Assembly: GCA_041738505.1 (NCBI GenBank)
Contig: JBGSPQ010000010.1
Coordinates: 5,553 to 69,552, forward strand
From: Candidatus Altimarinota bacterium
Lineage (GTDB): Bacteria; Patescibacteriota; Gracilibacteria; UBA1369
Length of the DNA stretch: 64,000 bases
Direction of reading: 5' to 3'
Below the pieces are notes generated by a model. That model made no database searches and was not told the origin of the DNA. It saw only the letters and a list, made by a program, of their open reading frames with translations. A program made the position numbers and the translations under genes. Positions 7,768 to 17,758 of this stretch are shown here, piece by piece. Position 1 is the stretch's first letter, and every line of letters begins with the position of its first letter.

Positions 7768-9879
7768 ATGGAAAAAAAGAATCTATCGATTGATGTCGCC
7801 GGCAGAACAATGACAGTTGAGACCGGTGTTTTGGCGAATCAGTCACACGGAGCCGTTACCGTAACTTACGGCGAAACAGTGGTTTTTGCAAGCGCCATGA
7901 TGGGCGAAGTACGCGAAGGCACGGACTTTTTTCCTCTGACAGTTGATTATGAAGAGAATTTCTACGCGGCCGGCAAAATCAAAGGAAGCCGTTTTGTAAA
8001 AAGAGAAGGCCGTCCTTCTGAAAACGCGGTTTTAAATTCAAGGCTAATTGATCGTCCTATCAGACCGCTTTTCCCCAAAGGCATGGTTAACGACGTACAG
8101 CTTATCTGTACGGTGCTTTCCGCCGATATGGCGGCCGATCCTGCGGTTACCGCTTTAAATGCGGCATCAGCGGCCATCTGCATTTCCGGGATGCCATTTG
8201 AGGCGCCCGTCGGTGCGGTAAGGATGGGACTTGTGGAAATTGAGGGTAAAGAGGAGCTGGTTATCAATCCGTCACTGGCTCAGATTAACGCCGGAAGGCT
8301 GGATCTGGTGGTTGCCGGAACAAAAGACGCCATCACCATGGTGGAGGCCGCTTCCAACGAAGTCAGCGAGGAAATCATGCTCAAAGCGCTGGAAATGGCG
8401 CACGAAGAGATCAAAAAAATCTGCGAATTCCAGGAAAAATTCCGCGCAATGGTGGAGGTTGAACCAAAAGTGCCGGTCATTATCACGGTGCCCGAAGCCG
8501 TCAATAAATCCATGGAAGAATCCCTCACCAAAGAGATGATGGATTCCATAGAAGGCAAAACCAAGCATGATGTGAAAGACAAAGTTAAAAAAATTGAAAA
8601 TGAGTTGATTGAAAAATACGCGGCACAAATTGAAGCCGGCGAATTTACCAAGGGAAATCTTAAAGAGGCTATCAACAAAGCGCTGGAAAAGAACATGCGC
8701 GAAAATATTCTAACCGACGAAAGAAGAATTGACGGCAGAAAAATAGATGAAATCCGCGTGCTCAAAAGCGAAGTCGGCATACTGCCCCGCCCTCACGGCT
8801 CCGCGCTTTTCCAAAGAGGTGAGACGCAGGCGCTCACAATCACAACGCTCGGCGGACCCGGAGACGCGCAGATTGTGGACACCATGGACGAGGACATTAC
8901 CAAAAGATATTTTCACCACTATTCATTCCCGCCTTATTCCGTGGGTGAAACCAGAATGCTTCGCGGACCTTCGCGCAGGGACATCGGCCACGGCGATCTT
9001 GCCGAAAGGTCGCTCATTCCCGAACTGCCCCCCAAGGACAAATTCCCCTACACAATCTGGGTTGTTTCCAACATTATGAGCTGTAATGGATCCAGTTCCA
9101 TGGCTTCCGTATGCGGATCCACATTGTCACTTATGCACGCAGGCGTTCCTATCAGAAAACCCGTTGCCGGTATTGCCATGGGTCTTGTTTCCAGAGACAA
9201 GGACATCACCAAGGGATACAAAATTCTCACCGACATTCAGGGCATGGAGGATTTTGCCGGAGACATGGACTTTAAGGTGGCCGGATCAAAAGACGGAATC
9301 AACGCTCTGCAGATGGATATCAAAGTAAAAGGACTCTCCATTGAAGTTTTGAAAGAGGCATTGGAAAGAGCCAAGGCCGGCAGAAGCGCCATTCTGGACA
9401 ACATGCTTGCCACCATCGCCGAACCCAATAAGGAACTTTCCAAATACGCTCCGTTGATTATGATGATTAAGATTAATCCGGATCTGATTAAGATTGTAAT
9501 CGGCAAGGGAGGGGAAACCATCCAGAAGATCACCGCGGAAACCGGATCGGAAATTGATATTGAACAGGACGGATTGGTTACCGTAACCGCAAAAGACCAG
9601 GAAAGCGGAAACAAAGCGCTGGAATGGATCAATAGGCTTACCTACGAACCCAAAGCAGGCGAAATTTTTGAAGGCAAAGTCGTTAAAATCATGGATTTTG
9701 GTGCTTTCGTTGAATTCCTGCCCGGCAAGGACGGACTTGTGCACATTTCCCAGCTAGCCAAAGAGCGCGTCAACAAAGTTGAAGACGTGGTCAAAGAAGG
9801 GGACACCCTTAAAGTTAAGCTGATGGAGGTGGATTCACAGGGCAGATACAACCTTTCCCACAAAGCCACGCTGGAGTAG
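7768..9879 (+). CDS. pnp: Polyribonucleotide nucleotidyltransferase (PNPase)
   Basis: The ORF 7735-9879 begins with TTG; the first ATG is 7768 (MEKKNLSIDVAGR). It has two RNase PH-like domains, then KH (GKGGETIQKI) and S1 (GEIFEGKVVKIMDFGAFVEF..GKDGLVHISQLA) domains. Synteny with rpsO supports the call. Confidence 0.95.
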   Translation: MEKKNLSIDVAGRTMTVETGVLANQSHGAVTVTYGETVVFASAMMGEVREGTDFFPLTVDYEENFYAAGKIKGSRFVKREGRPSENAVLNSRLIDRPIRPLFPKGMVNDVQLICTVLSADMAADPAVTALNAASAAICISGMPFEAPVGAVRMGLVEIEGKEELVINPSLAQINAGRLDLVVAGTKDAITMVEAASNEVSEEIMLKALEMAHEEIKKICEFQEKFRAMVEVEPKVPVIITVPEAVNKSMEESLTKEMMDSIEGKTKHDVKDKVKKIENELIEKYAAQIEAGEFTKGNLKEAINKALEKNMRENILTDERRIDGRKIDEIRVLKSEVGILPRPHGSALFQRGETQALTITTLGGPGDAQIVDTMDEDITKRYFHHYSFPPYSVGETRMLRGPSRRDIGHGDLAERSLIPELPPKDKFPYTIWVVSNIMSCNGSSSMASVCGSTLSLMHAGVPIRKPVAGIAMGLVSRDKDITKGYKILTDIQGMEDFAGDMDFKVAGSKDGINALQMDIKVKGLSIEVLKEALERAKAGRSAILDNMLATIAEPNKELSKYAPLIMMIKINPDLIKIVIGKGGETIQKITAETGSEIDIEQDGLVTVTAKDQESGNKALEWINRLTYEPKAGEIFEGKVVKIMDFGAFVEFLPGKDGLVHISQLAKERVNKVEDVVKEGDTLKVKLMEVDSQGRYNLSHKATLE

Positions 9880-9905
9880 AGATTTTGTATTCGGATAACA
9901 AAAAA

Positions 9906-9935
9906 ACGGCGGGCAAACATGGCCCCGCCGTTTTA
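9906..9935. terminator. Bidirectional intrinsic terminator between convergent genes
   Basis: An A-run, then ACGGCGGG (9906-9913), a loop, CCCGCCGT (9924-9931), then TTTT. Confidence 0.6.
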
Positions 9936-9943
9936 TATGTAAA

Positions 9944-11884
9944 TTACTTTTCCTCAATTACATAATCGGACTCCTCTTCGGGATTGGTTTGAATTGAGGC
10001 GATCAGTTCGGGAAAATCAAATTCCCTCACGTGTTCGCGCAAAGTTTTTTGCAGACGTTTTAAATCATCGGTGTTTTCTGGGTGTTCCTCCTGCAGTTTT
10101 TCGGCCTCGCGGACACAAACAGCCATCTCTTTAATAAATTTATAAAGTTTTTCATAGGCAGCGCTGTAGCTCTTTGATTTTAAAACAACCTCTTTTTTTT
10201 GACCGTCTTTTACCATCGAAACTTTAACCTTTTTTTGGAAAAGACCTTTCTGCAGTAAACCGATTTCACCGGAAAGTCTGCCGAAATCGGGAATTTCGGC
10301 GGGGGATATATACTTGCCGTAAACATTCTGCAACCGCTGATAAAAGCGCTGAATCTTGGCCACAAAATAAACCTTCATAAACTCGGTGGCTCTTTCCGTT
10401 CGCGGAGCATCAATTTCAATCAGTCTGCGCGTTTCCGCGGTATGTGAAAGCACTTTCCGGCTAAAACTTAAGTAAGGCTCAACGGGAGGGGTGCCTCCCT
10501 GCGCGTATGAACATTCCCGGTCAATTCTATCCAGTGTGCTTTCGGTTCTTTTCCTTCCTTTAACAGTGGGAGTCCGATCCAGATTTACACCAACCGATTT
10601 ACTTTCAAACATCTCCATTACTCCGTCAAAAGGAATTTGCTGTCTGGTGATATAATCCTCGCTAAGCACATTGTCCTGCGAAAGATGGGAACTGATTCTG
10701 CGGATTCTATCCACCCTGCTCTGGAAAAATTTTCTGATTCTGGCCGGATAAAGGCGTGCGCGGGTGGCTTTGGGATTGATTTGTTCGATTTTTTCATTTC
10801 CTCTCACCGTCCGCGAGGTTTTAAGTTCAACCGAAGCATCAATCAGTTCCTTGATTTTTACTTTGTCTTCATCCTCCACATACTTCAGACTGTCCGCCAT
10901 CTCATGAAGTTTAGCGCGGGTTGATTCCAGATCTTCCGGCTCCATCGGCCATTTTTCAAGATCTGCATGAATCTTAAGAATAGAGGTTTCCAGTTCGCGA
11001 AGCAGTTTTATTTCCTGTTTATAACTTTCTTCCATGATATGAAAAAGCCTTCTGTAGGCTTTATGTATATCTGTCACAAACATGGTTTTCTTTCCGCGTA
11101 TAACTTGAGTTCCCAGTACATATCCCTCTTTTTTCCCCGAACCGATTCTCATCAGTCGGAAGTAGTTATTGTCCGATTCATGCCAGTTTTGGGGAATGCG
11201 GATGCTTTCCAGATTACTTATGATTTCTTTGATTTCCGGAATCGCGCGTGCCATGTAAGCCATTCTTTCCGCCGGAGTCATTCTTTTTCCTTTTTCGGGG
11301 ATGTATTCCTCCAGTCCCAGATTTTTTAGTTTGGTCGCGTTGATGCTCGCCGGATCAATCACAATACAGGACATGTCTTTGTCCTTGGAGCAAAGTTCCT
11401 CTCTTTGAAAGGCGATTCTTTCCGTTGGCGGAGTAAACATTTCCTGAAGTGTCTTTAAAATCGTGCGGGGAGAAGCTTTAAATTCCGCTTCGCTCGCGGA
11501 AATTCTTATTGCATCGGATGTTTTAAGAGAGTCGGGAATCATTGCCGACAGTTGATTTGCTTTGGCCTTTTCCACTTTCCACCGCTCGCTTTGTTCCAGT
11601 TGCTTCAATATATAAAAAATCCGCACGCGGGTCAGATCCTTATTTCTTTTGATTGTCTTTTCCGGCAGGGGTTCGCCGTCCGGATCAATAAAAACCGACT
11701 CAACCAGATTGCAGGTCCGGGCTTTTAGCAAATCCATATACTCGGTGTTTTCTTTGGAATAATCCACAAGCACGTCCTCAAAAGCGGGGAAGTCGTTGGG
11801 ATAATTCAAATCACTAAGTGAGGGGGTGGATGCGGGGGCGCCGCCGGGCGTTTCGGTATCGTTTGAAGTGTTGATTTCCGACAT
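9944..11884 (-). CDS. Large soluble hypothetical protein (646 aa)
   Basis: Long uninterrupted ORF with an ATG start, no TM segments, and no motif I recognise. Confidence 0.6.
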   Translation of the reverse strand: MSEINTSNDTETPGGAPASTPSLSDLNYPNDFPAFEDVLVDYSKENTEYMDLLKARTCNLVESVFIDPDGEPLPEKTIKRNKDLTRVRIFYILKQLEQSERWKVEKAKANQLSAMIPDSLKTSDAIRISASEAEFKASPRTILKTLQEMFTPPTERIAFQREELCSKDKDMSCIVIDPASINATKLKNLGLEEYIPEKGKRMTPAERMAYMARAIPEIKEIISNLESIRIPQNWHESDNNYFRLMRIGSGKKEGYVLGTQVIRGKKTMFVTDIHKAYRRLFHIMEESYKQEIKLLRELETSILKIHADLEKWPMEPEDLESTRAKLHEMADSLKYVEDEDKVKIKELIDASVELKTSRTVRGNEKIEQINPKATRARLYPARIRKFFQSRVDRIRRISSHLSQDNVLSEDYITRQQIPFDGVMEMFESKSVGVNLDRTPTVKGRKRTESTLDRIDRECSYAQGGTPPVEPYLSFSRKVLSHTAETRRLIEIDAPRTERATEFMKVYFVAKIQRFYQRLQNVYGKYISPAEIPDFGRLSGEIGLLQKGLFQKKVKVSMVKDGQKKEVVLKSKSYSAAYEKLYKFIKEMAVCVREAEKLQEEHPENTDDLKRLQKTLREHVREFDFPELIASIQTNPEEESDYVIEEK

Positions 11885-11955
11885 GGTGCATTGTTAAAAA
11901 GGCGGTCAATTTAACATTAACCCGGCGGCGCTGTCAAAAAAAAATCATCGGACAG

Positions 11956-12198
11956 CTACTCTGTTTCTCCGCCCTCGGTCGTTATTGCCACCACCGATGT
12001 TGTTGCCCCCTCCGTTGTTGATGCAGTTACATTTTCCGATGGAATATCTTCTTCCTCAACAACATTTATGGAAACTTTAGTGTTTTGTTCCGCCTGTTTG
12101 GATTCCGGCTCCGCCGCGGGTTCCTGCGACTGACAGCCTCCCAATGCCAAAAATAATCCCACCGAAAAAACGGAAACGATTAAAAATTTATACTTCAT
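11956..12198 (-). CDS. Small lipoprotein
   Basis: MKYKFLIVSVFSVGLFLALGGCQSQ is a signal peptide with lipobox L-G-G-C. Confidence 0.6.
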   Translation of the reverse strand: MKYKFLIVSVFSVGLFLALGGCQSQEPAAEPESKQAEQNTKVSINVVEEEDIPSENVTASTTEGATTSVVAITTEGGETE

Positions 12199-12280
12199 GG
12201 AAAAGTATTAAAAGTACCAATAACAAATTTTATCCTCAAAACCGCCCAAGCGCAACCGGGGCGGAAAAGAAATTTCAATA

Positions 12281-12357
12281 TGGAGCGGGTAAGGGGATTC
12301 GAACCCCTGACCTTCTGCATGGCAAGCAGACGCTCTAGCCAACTGAGCTACACCCGC
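12281..12357 (-). tRNA. tRNA-Gly (anticodon GCC), CCA encoded
   Basis: The reverse complement GCGGGTGTAGCTCAGTTGGCTAGAGCGTCTGCTTGCCATGCAGAAGGTCAGGGGTTCGAATCCCCTTACCCGCTCCA folds as a 7/4/5/5 cloverleaf. The anticodon loop is TTGCCAT. Confidence 0.92.
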
Positions 12358-12450
12358 AAGAACAAAGAAAAATTGTCAATCACGCAAGTACAGAATTTAA
12401 AGCAAACCGGGAAAATTATCAACATTTTATTTATTTTCGCACTGGCGACC

Positions 12451-12479
12451 TTTAAATAACTCGGTAAAAATGATATAAT
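12451..12479 (+). promoter_or_regulatory. Extended -10 promoter (TTTAAA-17-TGaTATAAT)
   Basis: TATAAT at 12474-12479 preceded by TGa, about 35 nt upstream of ATG 12514. Confidence 0.4.
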
Positions 12480-12513
12480 TTAGAGATCAATCAATTTCTT
12501 AAATCATATATAT

Positions 12514-13140
12514 ATGAGAAATCAATCAAACACTCATCCGCTGGCAACAACCAGATTTGTATATCAAAACGTTGGAGCCGAGAAATCCGGTGAAAACGTG
12601 GACGAGCAAACCTCGCAGTCCGAGCCATTGTCGGGGGCGCCTGAAGATGTAAATAAAACAAAAGAGCAGGGTGGCAATATGATCGGGAATGCCATGGAAT
12701 CTCCAATGGAACTTGCCGATACAGATCCACAGGCACTTTATCAAAAATGTCTTGACGCGGATAATCTGTTTTTGAAAGCAGTGGACAGAAATTTATATGC
12801 GGGCAAAGAGGAAGAGGTTGAAGGCAAGTTGATACGAGCGGGCGAACAGGTTCCAGTTGTTAAACCGGGTGTGGAAAAATATAAAACCGCATACAAGGCT
12901 CCAAACAAACCGAACGTCGCCACTCCTAATGTACTTGTTGAATACATGGCCAATGAAGTTTACAAAAAGTTGGGAACGTCTTTTACAGATGCCAACGGCA
13001 CCACAAACGAAGCTCGCGGCGATAAATTATATAACTATATTTTTGGAAGCGGAGACGAGAAAAAGGAGAGTGAAAATGCAAAAAAAGTGGCTCAATGGTT
13101 CAGCGACGCCAAAAATGCCATAGAGCAAGGCATTGGCTAA
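12514..13140 (+). CDS. Hypothetical protein (208 aa)
   Basis: ORF with an ATG start and its own promoter-like element. No recognisable motif. Confidence 0.5.
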   Translation: MRNQSNTHPLATTRFVYQNVGAEKSGENVDEQTSQSEPLSGAPEDVNKTKEQGGNMIGNAMESPMELADTDPQALYQKCLDADNLFLKAVDRNLYAGKEEEVEGKLIRAGEQVPVVKPGVEKYKTAYKAPNKPNVATPNVLVEYMANEVYKKLGTSFTDANGTTNEARGDKLYNYIFGSGDEKKESENAKKVAQWFSDAKNAIEQGIG

Positions 13141-14432
13141 TCCTTATTGAGTATTGATGGGATTTTCTTTGCTCCCTGAATTACCATAAATCCTTCTCCA
13201 GCAATCGCTCCTGCAATAATAAGAGCTATTTGAAGGTATAGGTCATACACAAAGTATATCGCCGAAACAAATATCATGCCGGCCAATGCCAGCGCAGCAA
13301 ACTCCCTCTTTAAAAACCAAATCTCCTTCTCAAATGCAAATAGCGTTATCAAAACCAGATCATAACCGTAGGAAATCGCGGCAAGCAGTAACATCATCGG
13401 CAAAACAAACCACATTTCCGGCAGAAAATATTTTTTGTGAGTCAGGAGTTCAATCATAAACGGGCCCAACAGCGAACCGAAAACCACCAGCGCGAAGCCG
13501 GCTCCAAGCAGAAGTTTCCATATTTTGCCATATAAAACCCTGGCCTTTTGAAGATCTCCGTTCACAAGATATTGCTTTAACCCCGGCAAAACCGAGAACA
13601 TCAGAAAAGTGGAAAACAAACTTAAAACCTGCGCGATTTTAAAAGAAATATTAAACGTCGCGAACTGTTCGTCGGTCAGAATTTCTCTCGCGAATAAATC
13701 AGGCAGAAAGCGGAAATACAGGTTATTGATAATGTTTATTATCCCAAACGGCAGACTGACGATGAAAATATTCCGCGCCAGATTAACGTCCAAAACAAAG
13801 CTCCATTTAATTTTCCGGTAAACAAATATCAGACTCAATGCCGCGGTTACAAATCCTCCGCTCAAAACGGCCAGAAACACCAGCGGAATATGGCCGCCGT
13901 CCGCCCCCTGCGGAAGATAATTCACAATCCAGAAAATCACTCCCAGATTCACAATTCTTCCCGCCACAAGCGCTATAACCGCCCGCCCCATCAGATAATT
14001 GGCTTGCAGCATACCATCGCAGACAGAGGTGACATAATCAAAAAACAGCGCTCCCAGAAAAATAATCGCGCCGGTTAAAAAGATCGTGTCGGAGCCTTTT
14101 ATTACAAGATAAAAAATCGCGCTCGCGAAAAACAGTCCCGCCGTAACCATTCGCAGAACCAGCACGTTAAAAAACACCTTCCCGTCCTGTGGCGCTTTGC
14201 TCATTTCACGCACGGTGTTGGCAAAAATGCCCAGATTCGCCGCCACGCTAAAGAACAGCGCGTACTCCGATATGGTTGCATAGATGCCGTATTCACCCTG
14301 CGTCAGATAGTTGCAGATAAGCTTTAAAGTGACGGTCGCAATCACCAGTTGCGTCACCTTTCCGAATAACTGAACCAAAGTGGAAAAAGCGATCTTCCCG
14401 CTCAATACCCTTAATGCCAGTTTTCTGATCAT
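13137..14432 (-). CDS. Wzx/MOP-superfamily oligosaccharide (lipid-linked) flippase-like membrane protein
   Basis: 431 aa with about 12 hydrophobic helices. The size and N-terminal pattern are typical of polysaccharide-biosynthesis flippases. Confidence 0.55.
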   Translation of the reverse strand: MIRKLALRVLSGKIAFSTLVQLFGKVTQLVIATVTLKLICNYLTQGEYGIYATISEYALFFSVAANLGIFANTVREMSKAPQDGKVFFNVLVLRMVTAGLFFASAIFYLVIKGSDTIFLTGAIIFLGALFFDYVTSVCDGMLQANYLMGRAVIALVAGRIVNLGVIFWIVNYLPQGADGGHIPLVFLAVLSGGFVTAALSLIFVYRKIKWSFVLDVNLARNIFIVSLPFGIINIINNLYFRFLPDLFAREILTDEQFATFNISFKIAQVLSLFSTFLMFSVLPGLKQYLVNGDLQKARVLYGKIWKLLLGAGFALVVFGSLLGPFMIELLTHKKYFLPEMWFVLPMMLLLAAISYGYDLVLITLFAFEKEIWFLKREFAALALAGMIFVSAIYFVYDLYLQIALIIAGAIAGEGFMVIQGAKKIPSILNKD

Positions 14433-14440
14433 AAATTATA

Positions 14441-15271
14441 TTAAAACGCGGGTGGCAAAACTTCTATCATGCGCTTCGCGCCGTTTTCAATAGGCACGGA
14501 GTAATCATGCAGGGCATTTGAAATTACATCCCACGTATAAACATAATTTTCTCCGTTTTTTGTGCCCACATCATGAGTGATGATTTTTCCTTCCTTATAG
14601 CCTTTAACCAGCACCACATGATACATCGGGCCGCCGTTTTTGAAATTGGGATTATAAAGTTGCTTCCCGGAAAAAGTCATAATTATGAAATGGCCGTCAT
14701 TGATAACTTTTTGTACGTCTTCAAATGATGGATTTTCATGAATAACGGTTTCCAGAAACAAATATTCCTCCAGAATTTCCGCCGTCTGATCCACACTTGT
14801 ATGTATATAATCACCAAATCTGTCTTTCTGCCATTCCACAAGCTTTAAAATCTCATCATTGAATTGTTCGCGCGACCAGTTGTGACTAAAATATTCATTG
14901 GCCACAAGAAGTACGGACGCCTCTTCGCACGCTTCCTGCCATGGTAAATCCCAGTTTCCAAAAGGAGCCTGGGCATAAAACACCGCTTTCAGATTAAGTT
15001 CGGCGGGAAATGATTGAACCTGTCCTGCGTCAATACCTTCCCCGTTCGTTGTTTCCCCGTTTTGATCCGATGTTTCGGCATCTACCGATAAATCCATATC
15101 ATTGGAATCCTCCCCGTCGGAAAATATCCCCCCCGTCCTAATCGTCGCGCTGTCCACTTCAATCGGCACGGGCTCTTTCTCGAATCTGACCGTTTTATAA
15201 TACAGATAACCTTCTCCGGCCATCACCAGTACCAAAAATCCCAAGATATAAATTTGAGTCATTTTATTCAT
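14441..15271 (-). CDS. Membrane-anchored C39-like (papain-fold) peptidase domain protein
   Basis: N-terminal TM segment. YAQAPFGNWDLPWQEACEEASVLL (candidate catalytic Cys) and YHVVLVKGY (candidate His) resemble the Peptidase_C39_2 family. Confidence 0.5.
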   Translation of the reverse strand: MNKMTQIYILGFLVLVMAGEGYLYYKTVRFEKEPVPIEVDSATIRTGGIFSDGEDSNDMDLSVDAETSDQNGETTNGEGIDAGQVQSFPAELNLKAVFYAQAPFGNWDLPWQEACEEASVLLVANEYFSHNWSREQFNDEILKLVEWQKDRFGDYIHTSVDQTAEILEEYLFLETVIHENPSFEDVQKVINDGHFIIMTFSGKQLYNPNFKNGGPMYHVVLVKGYKEGKIITHDVGTKNGENYVYTWDVISNALHDYSVPIENGAKRMIEVLPPAF

Positions 15272-15376
15272 GTTTCCATTATGTATTTACCTCTTCATTA
15301 TTGATATCTTATCTTGATATTGCAAGGAAAACAAAAGCTGATGGGTTTATTGAAAACATTACGAAACTATAAAATA

Positions 15377-15404
15377 TTGACAAAAAACAGCAGTAATGCA
15401 TAAT
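15377..15404 (+). promoter_or_regulatory. Sigma70-like promoter TTGACA-16-(TG)CATAAT
   Basis: TTGACA 15377-15382, TGCATAAT 15397-15404, and ATG at 15437. Confidence 0.5.
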
Positions 15405-15436
15405 AGCACCCCTAAAATATCCCATCAAAGCCAAAC

Positions 15437-16099
15437 ATGCGCAACCCATTAGAAACTTTACCCGAAGCCGGAAATGGTGACGAAAGTTTTGACGAAATCT
15501 GGGAAAAAGCCATAGATCGATGGGGTATAAATTCATCCAAAGCCGAAGATATAAAAAATAAGCTGGCGGGCGGAACCGCTGTTCCTTCAGTAAAAGAACC
15601 TCCGCGTCCCTCATCCCGCGTAGCCCCAAAGCCCGTGGATGAATCGTTAAAAGAAGATGACTGGATTTGCGAGCGCCCGACAATCCCCATGGATGAGCCT
15701 AAACCTGATTCCCTGGCGGTCACTCAAAGATCATCGGAGCTGATGCCAAAAACGCCCGATGACACCCCGGAAATTATCATCAACGAAACCCAAACCGACA
15801 TCAAGTCCGAACTTCTGTTTTTGCTGATTGAAGAGGCCGTTTTAAGAATCAGAAATTTTGAATTTGAATCGGTGACGGTGGAACCGGGTAAAAGCCATTT
15901 AACCAATGCTATCGCCAAAACTCTCGGTAATATTTGCGAAGCCGAAGATCTGCTTTTAATGATCGCCGTGGACGCGAACAAATTTACGATTTTAAAAAAA
16001 GGCTGGATTGATTATACTGGACGAGTTATGGATGAGAAGAAAGGATATGTCTTCCATTCCCTGCTGAAAACCTATCCCAACGCGGTTACAATCAAATAA
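15437..16099 (+). CDS. Hypothetical protein (220 aa)
   Basis: ORF with an ATG start downstream of the promoter. The N-terminal half is Pro/acidic-rich. No recognisable motif. Confidence 0.5.
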   Translation: MRNPLETLPEAGNGDESFDEIWEKAIDRWGINSSKAEDIKNKLAGGTAVPSVKEPPRPSSRVAPKPVDESLKEDDWICERPTIPMDEPKPDSLAVTQRSSELMPKTPDDTPEIIINETQTDIKSELLFLLIEEAVLRIRNFEFESVTVEPGKSHLTNAIAKTLGNICEAEDLLLMIAVDANKFTILKKGWIDYTGRVMDEKKGYVFHSLLKTYPNAVTIK

Positions 16100-16131
16100 C
16101 CGTTTCCCCAAGTATTTTATAACTGTTGAAT

Positions 16132-16614
16132 ATGACGCCGGATATCGCCCCGGGTGAAAAAGTAACCCCGGATGGGAATTTATATGCAAATTCGCACCAA
16201 ATTGATGAGCTGATTGGCAGGACTCCGAAAGTAGTCAGAAGGGCCGTTCTCGCCATCCTGGAAACACCTCCGGTAATCACCGAAAAGGAGCCGGATGATG
16301 AAATGGTGCTTCGCAATATGAAAATTCTGGCCGAGAATATCGGACCCAAACCCACCGACCTTACATTGTTTATACCATTAAACGGCAAACTCCCGGAACT
16401 GCTTAGGAAGAGCGGATGTGAATCGCTGGAAGCTCTTGTAGAAAAAATTCAGTCAATTGCCATCAAAGAGCGACTGGGTTTTCTGACCGGAGTAGATCAT
16501 GACGCCCGCCAACTGGTCGTGAATATTCACAAACAACCGGGTAAAGACTACTCCAGACCCATGTCAAAAGAGGACCATGATTTCATTTGTCTTTTTGACA
16601 CTGAAGTCTTTTAG
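16132..16614 (+). CDS. Hypothetical protein (~160 aa)
   Basis: The ORF 16126-16614 starts with TTG; the first ATG is 16132. It is co-oriented with and 30 nt from the preceding gene. Confidence 0.5.
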   Translation: MTPDIAPGEKVTPDGNLYANSHQIDELIGRTPKVVRRAVLAILETPPVITEKEPDDEMVLRNMKILAENIGPKPTDLTLFIPLNGKLPELLRKSGCESLEALVEKIQSIAIKERLGFLTGVDHDARQLVVNIHKQPGKDYSRPMSKEDHDFICLFDTEVF

Positions 16615-17702
16615 GGTTTGTCAGTCGGTGTTTCATTTAGTCCGCTTTTGGAGACGCCCTGCTGTTTTTTCATCATCAGGAAATACGCACCCGCCACAAC
16701 AACAATCACAATAAGCGCGATGCCAAAAGGATTGTGCAGTACCATGGAAACCAGTGATGTAACTGTTGTCAGAAGCAAAGCCGCCAGAAAAGTCACCGCC
16801 GTAACGGCCGTCTTGCCCAGTTTTGAAACAAAAGGCAGAGCCTCAAAAGCCACTGTCAGCGGTTTAAAAATCAGAAGAAGTCCCATCCACATAACAAAGA
16901 ACCCGATAATTCTCCAAACCCAGCCTTCGGTTTTATATTCCTCTTTCAGAACCGAAATTGCGTCTTCGTTGGTTCCCCAGAAAACGCGGTAAAGCCCTTT
17001 TTCGTTTTCACCGTGGTGGGCTTCCATAATATTACCGTCGAATCTTCCAAACACCGTGGATTTCTGCCCGGGATTCACAGCACTGTAACTGATTCTCACA
17101 TCTCCCACTTCCGGTTCCTGCAAAGTGCCGTAACCCCTAAATAGATAGTCATCGGCCACCTGCGAAAAATCATCTAAATAAACCATCTCCTCATTCAGAG
17201 ACACTTTATCGTAACCCGGCCATCTCACTTTATTGGGATCAACCTGGTAATCTCCCACAAATGCCTTATCCGCGAAAACCGTCAGATTCTTGATTTCCAT
17301 AGGATAATTTTCATGACCGCGTGCGTCGTTGAAATCTTCGCTGTCCGCGGGCTCGCTCACCCATGCGGTTTCATAGGTGTAATACTTAACATCATTATCA
17401 TCTGTCTCTACATCTTCCTCCCAGGCGTACATTTCCACATTCCTCTTTAAAGCCACATAATCACCCTCGGCAATATACTCATCGCCTATTCGACCTTCGG
17501 ATTTAAGTTCTCCTGTAACATAAACAAAATCATTCCCTCCGGCCGCAGTCGCATTCACGGCTTTATTAGCCACTATGCTGTAATCCGTCCGTCCCTCGGT
17601 GTTAAACAGCACCACAAAAGAAACCAAAAAAATCAAAATACCCACAACCATACCGCCGATGGAGCCAATAAGCTTATCGCCGAAACCTTGCGCTTGAGCC
17701 AT
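16611..17702 (-). CDS. Membrane protein with one N-terminal and about three C-terminal TM helices around a large external domain (possibly TMEM43/DUF1625-like)
   Basis: 363 aa. The topology is read from hydrophobic runs. VEMYAWEE resembles the motif I recall for DUF1625, but the family call is from memory. Confidence 0.45.
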   Translation of the reverse strand: MAQAQGFGDKLIGSIGGMVVGILIFLVSFVVLFNTEGRTDYSIVANKAVNATAAGGNDFVYVTGELKSEGRIGDEYIAEGDYVALKRNVEMYAWEEDVETDDNDVKYYTYETAWVSEPADSEDFNDARGHENYPMEIKNLTVFADKAFVGDYQVDPNKVRWPGYDKVSLNEEMVYLDDFSQVADDYLFRGYGTLQEPEVGDVRISYSAVNPGQKSTVFGRFDGNIMEAHHGENEKGLYRVFWGTNEDAISVLKEEYKTEGWVWRIIGFFVMWMGLLLIFKPLTVAFEALPFVSKLGKTAVTAVTFLAALLLTTVTSLVSMVLHNPFGIALIVIVVVAGAYFLMMKKQQGVSKSGLNETPTDKP

Positions 17703-17758
17703 AGTGAAAGATTATCAAATATTTACCAATCGATTATGCCACATCAATTAAGCATTTA

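Noticed and set aside
12281-12357. Integrated mobile element or prophage at the tRNA genes (also 19627-19701 and 55170-55246)
   Set aside because: No integrase, recombinase or phage genes are present, and no duplicated tRNA 3'-end att-like repeat flanks any of the three tRNAs.
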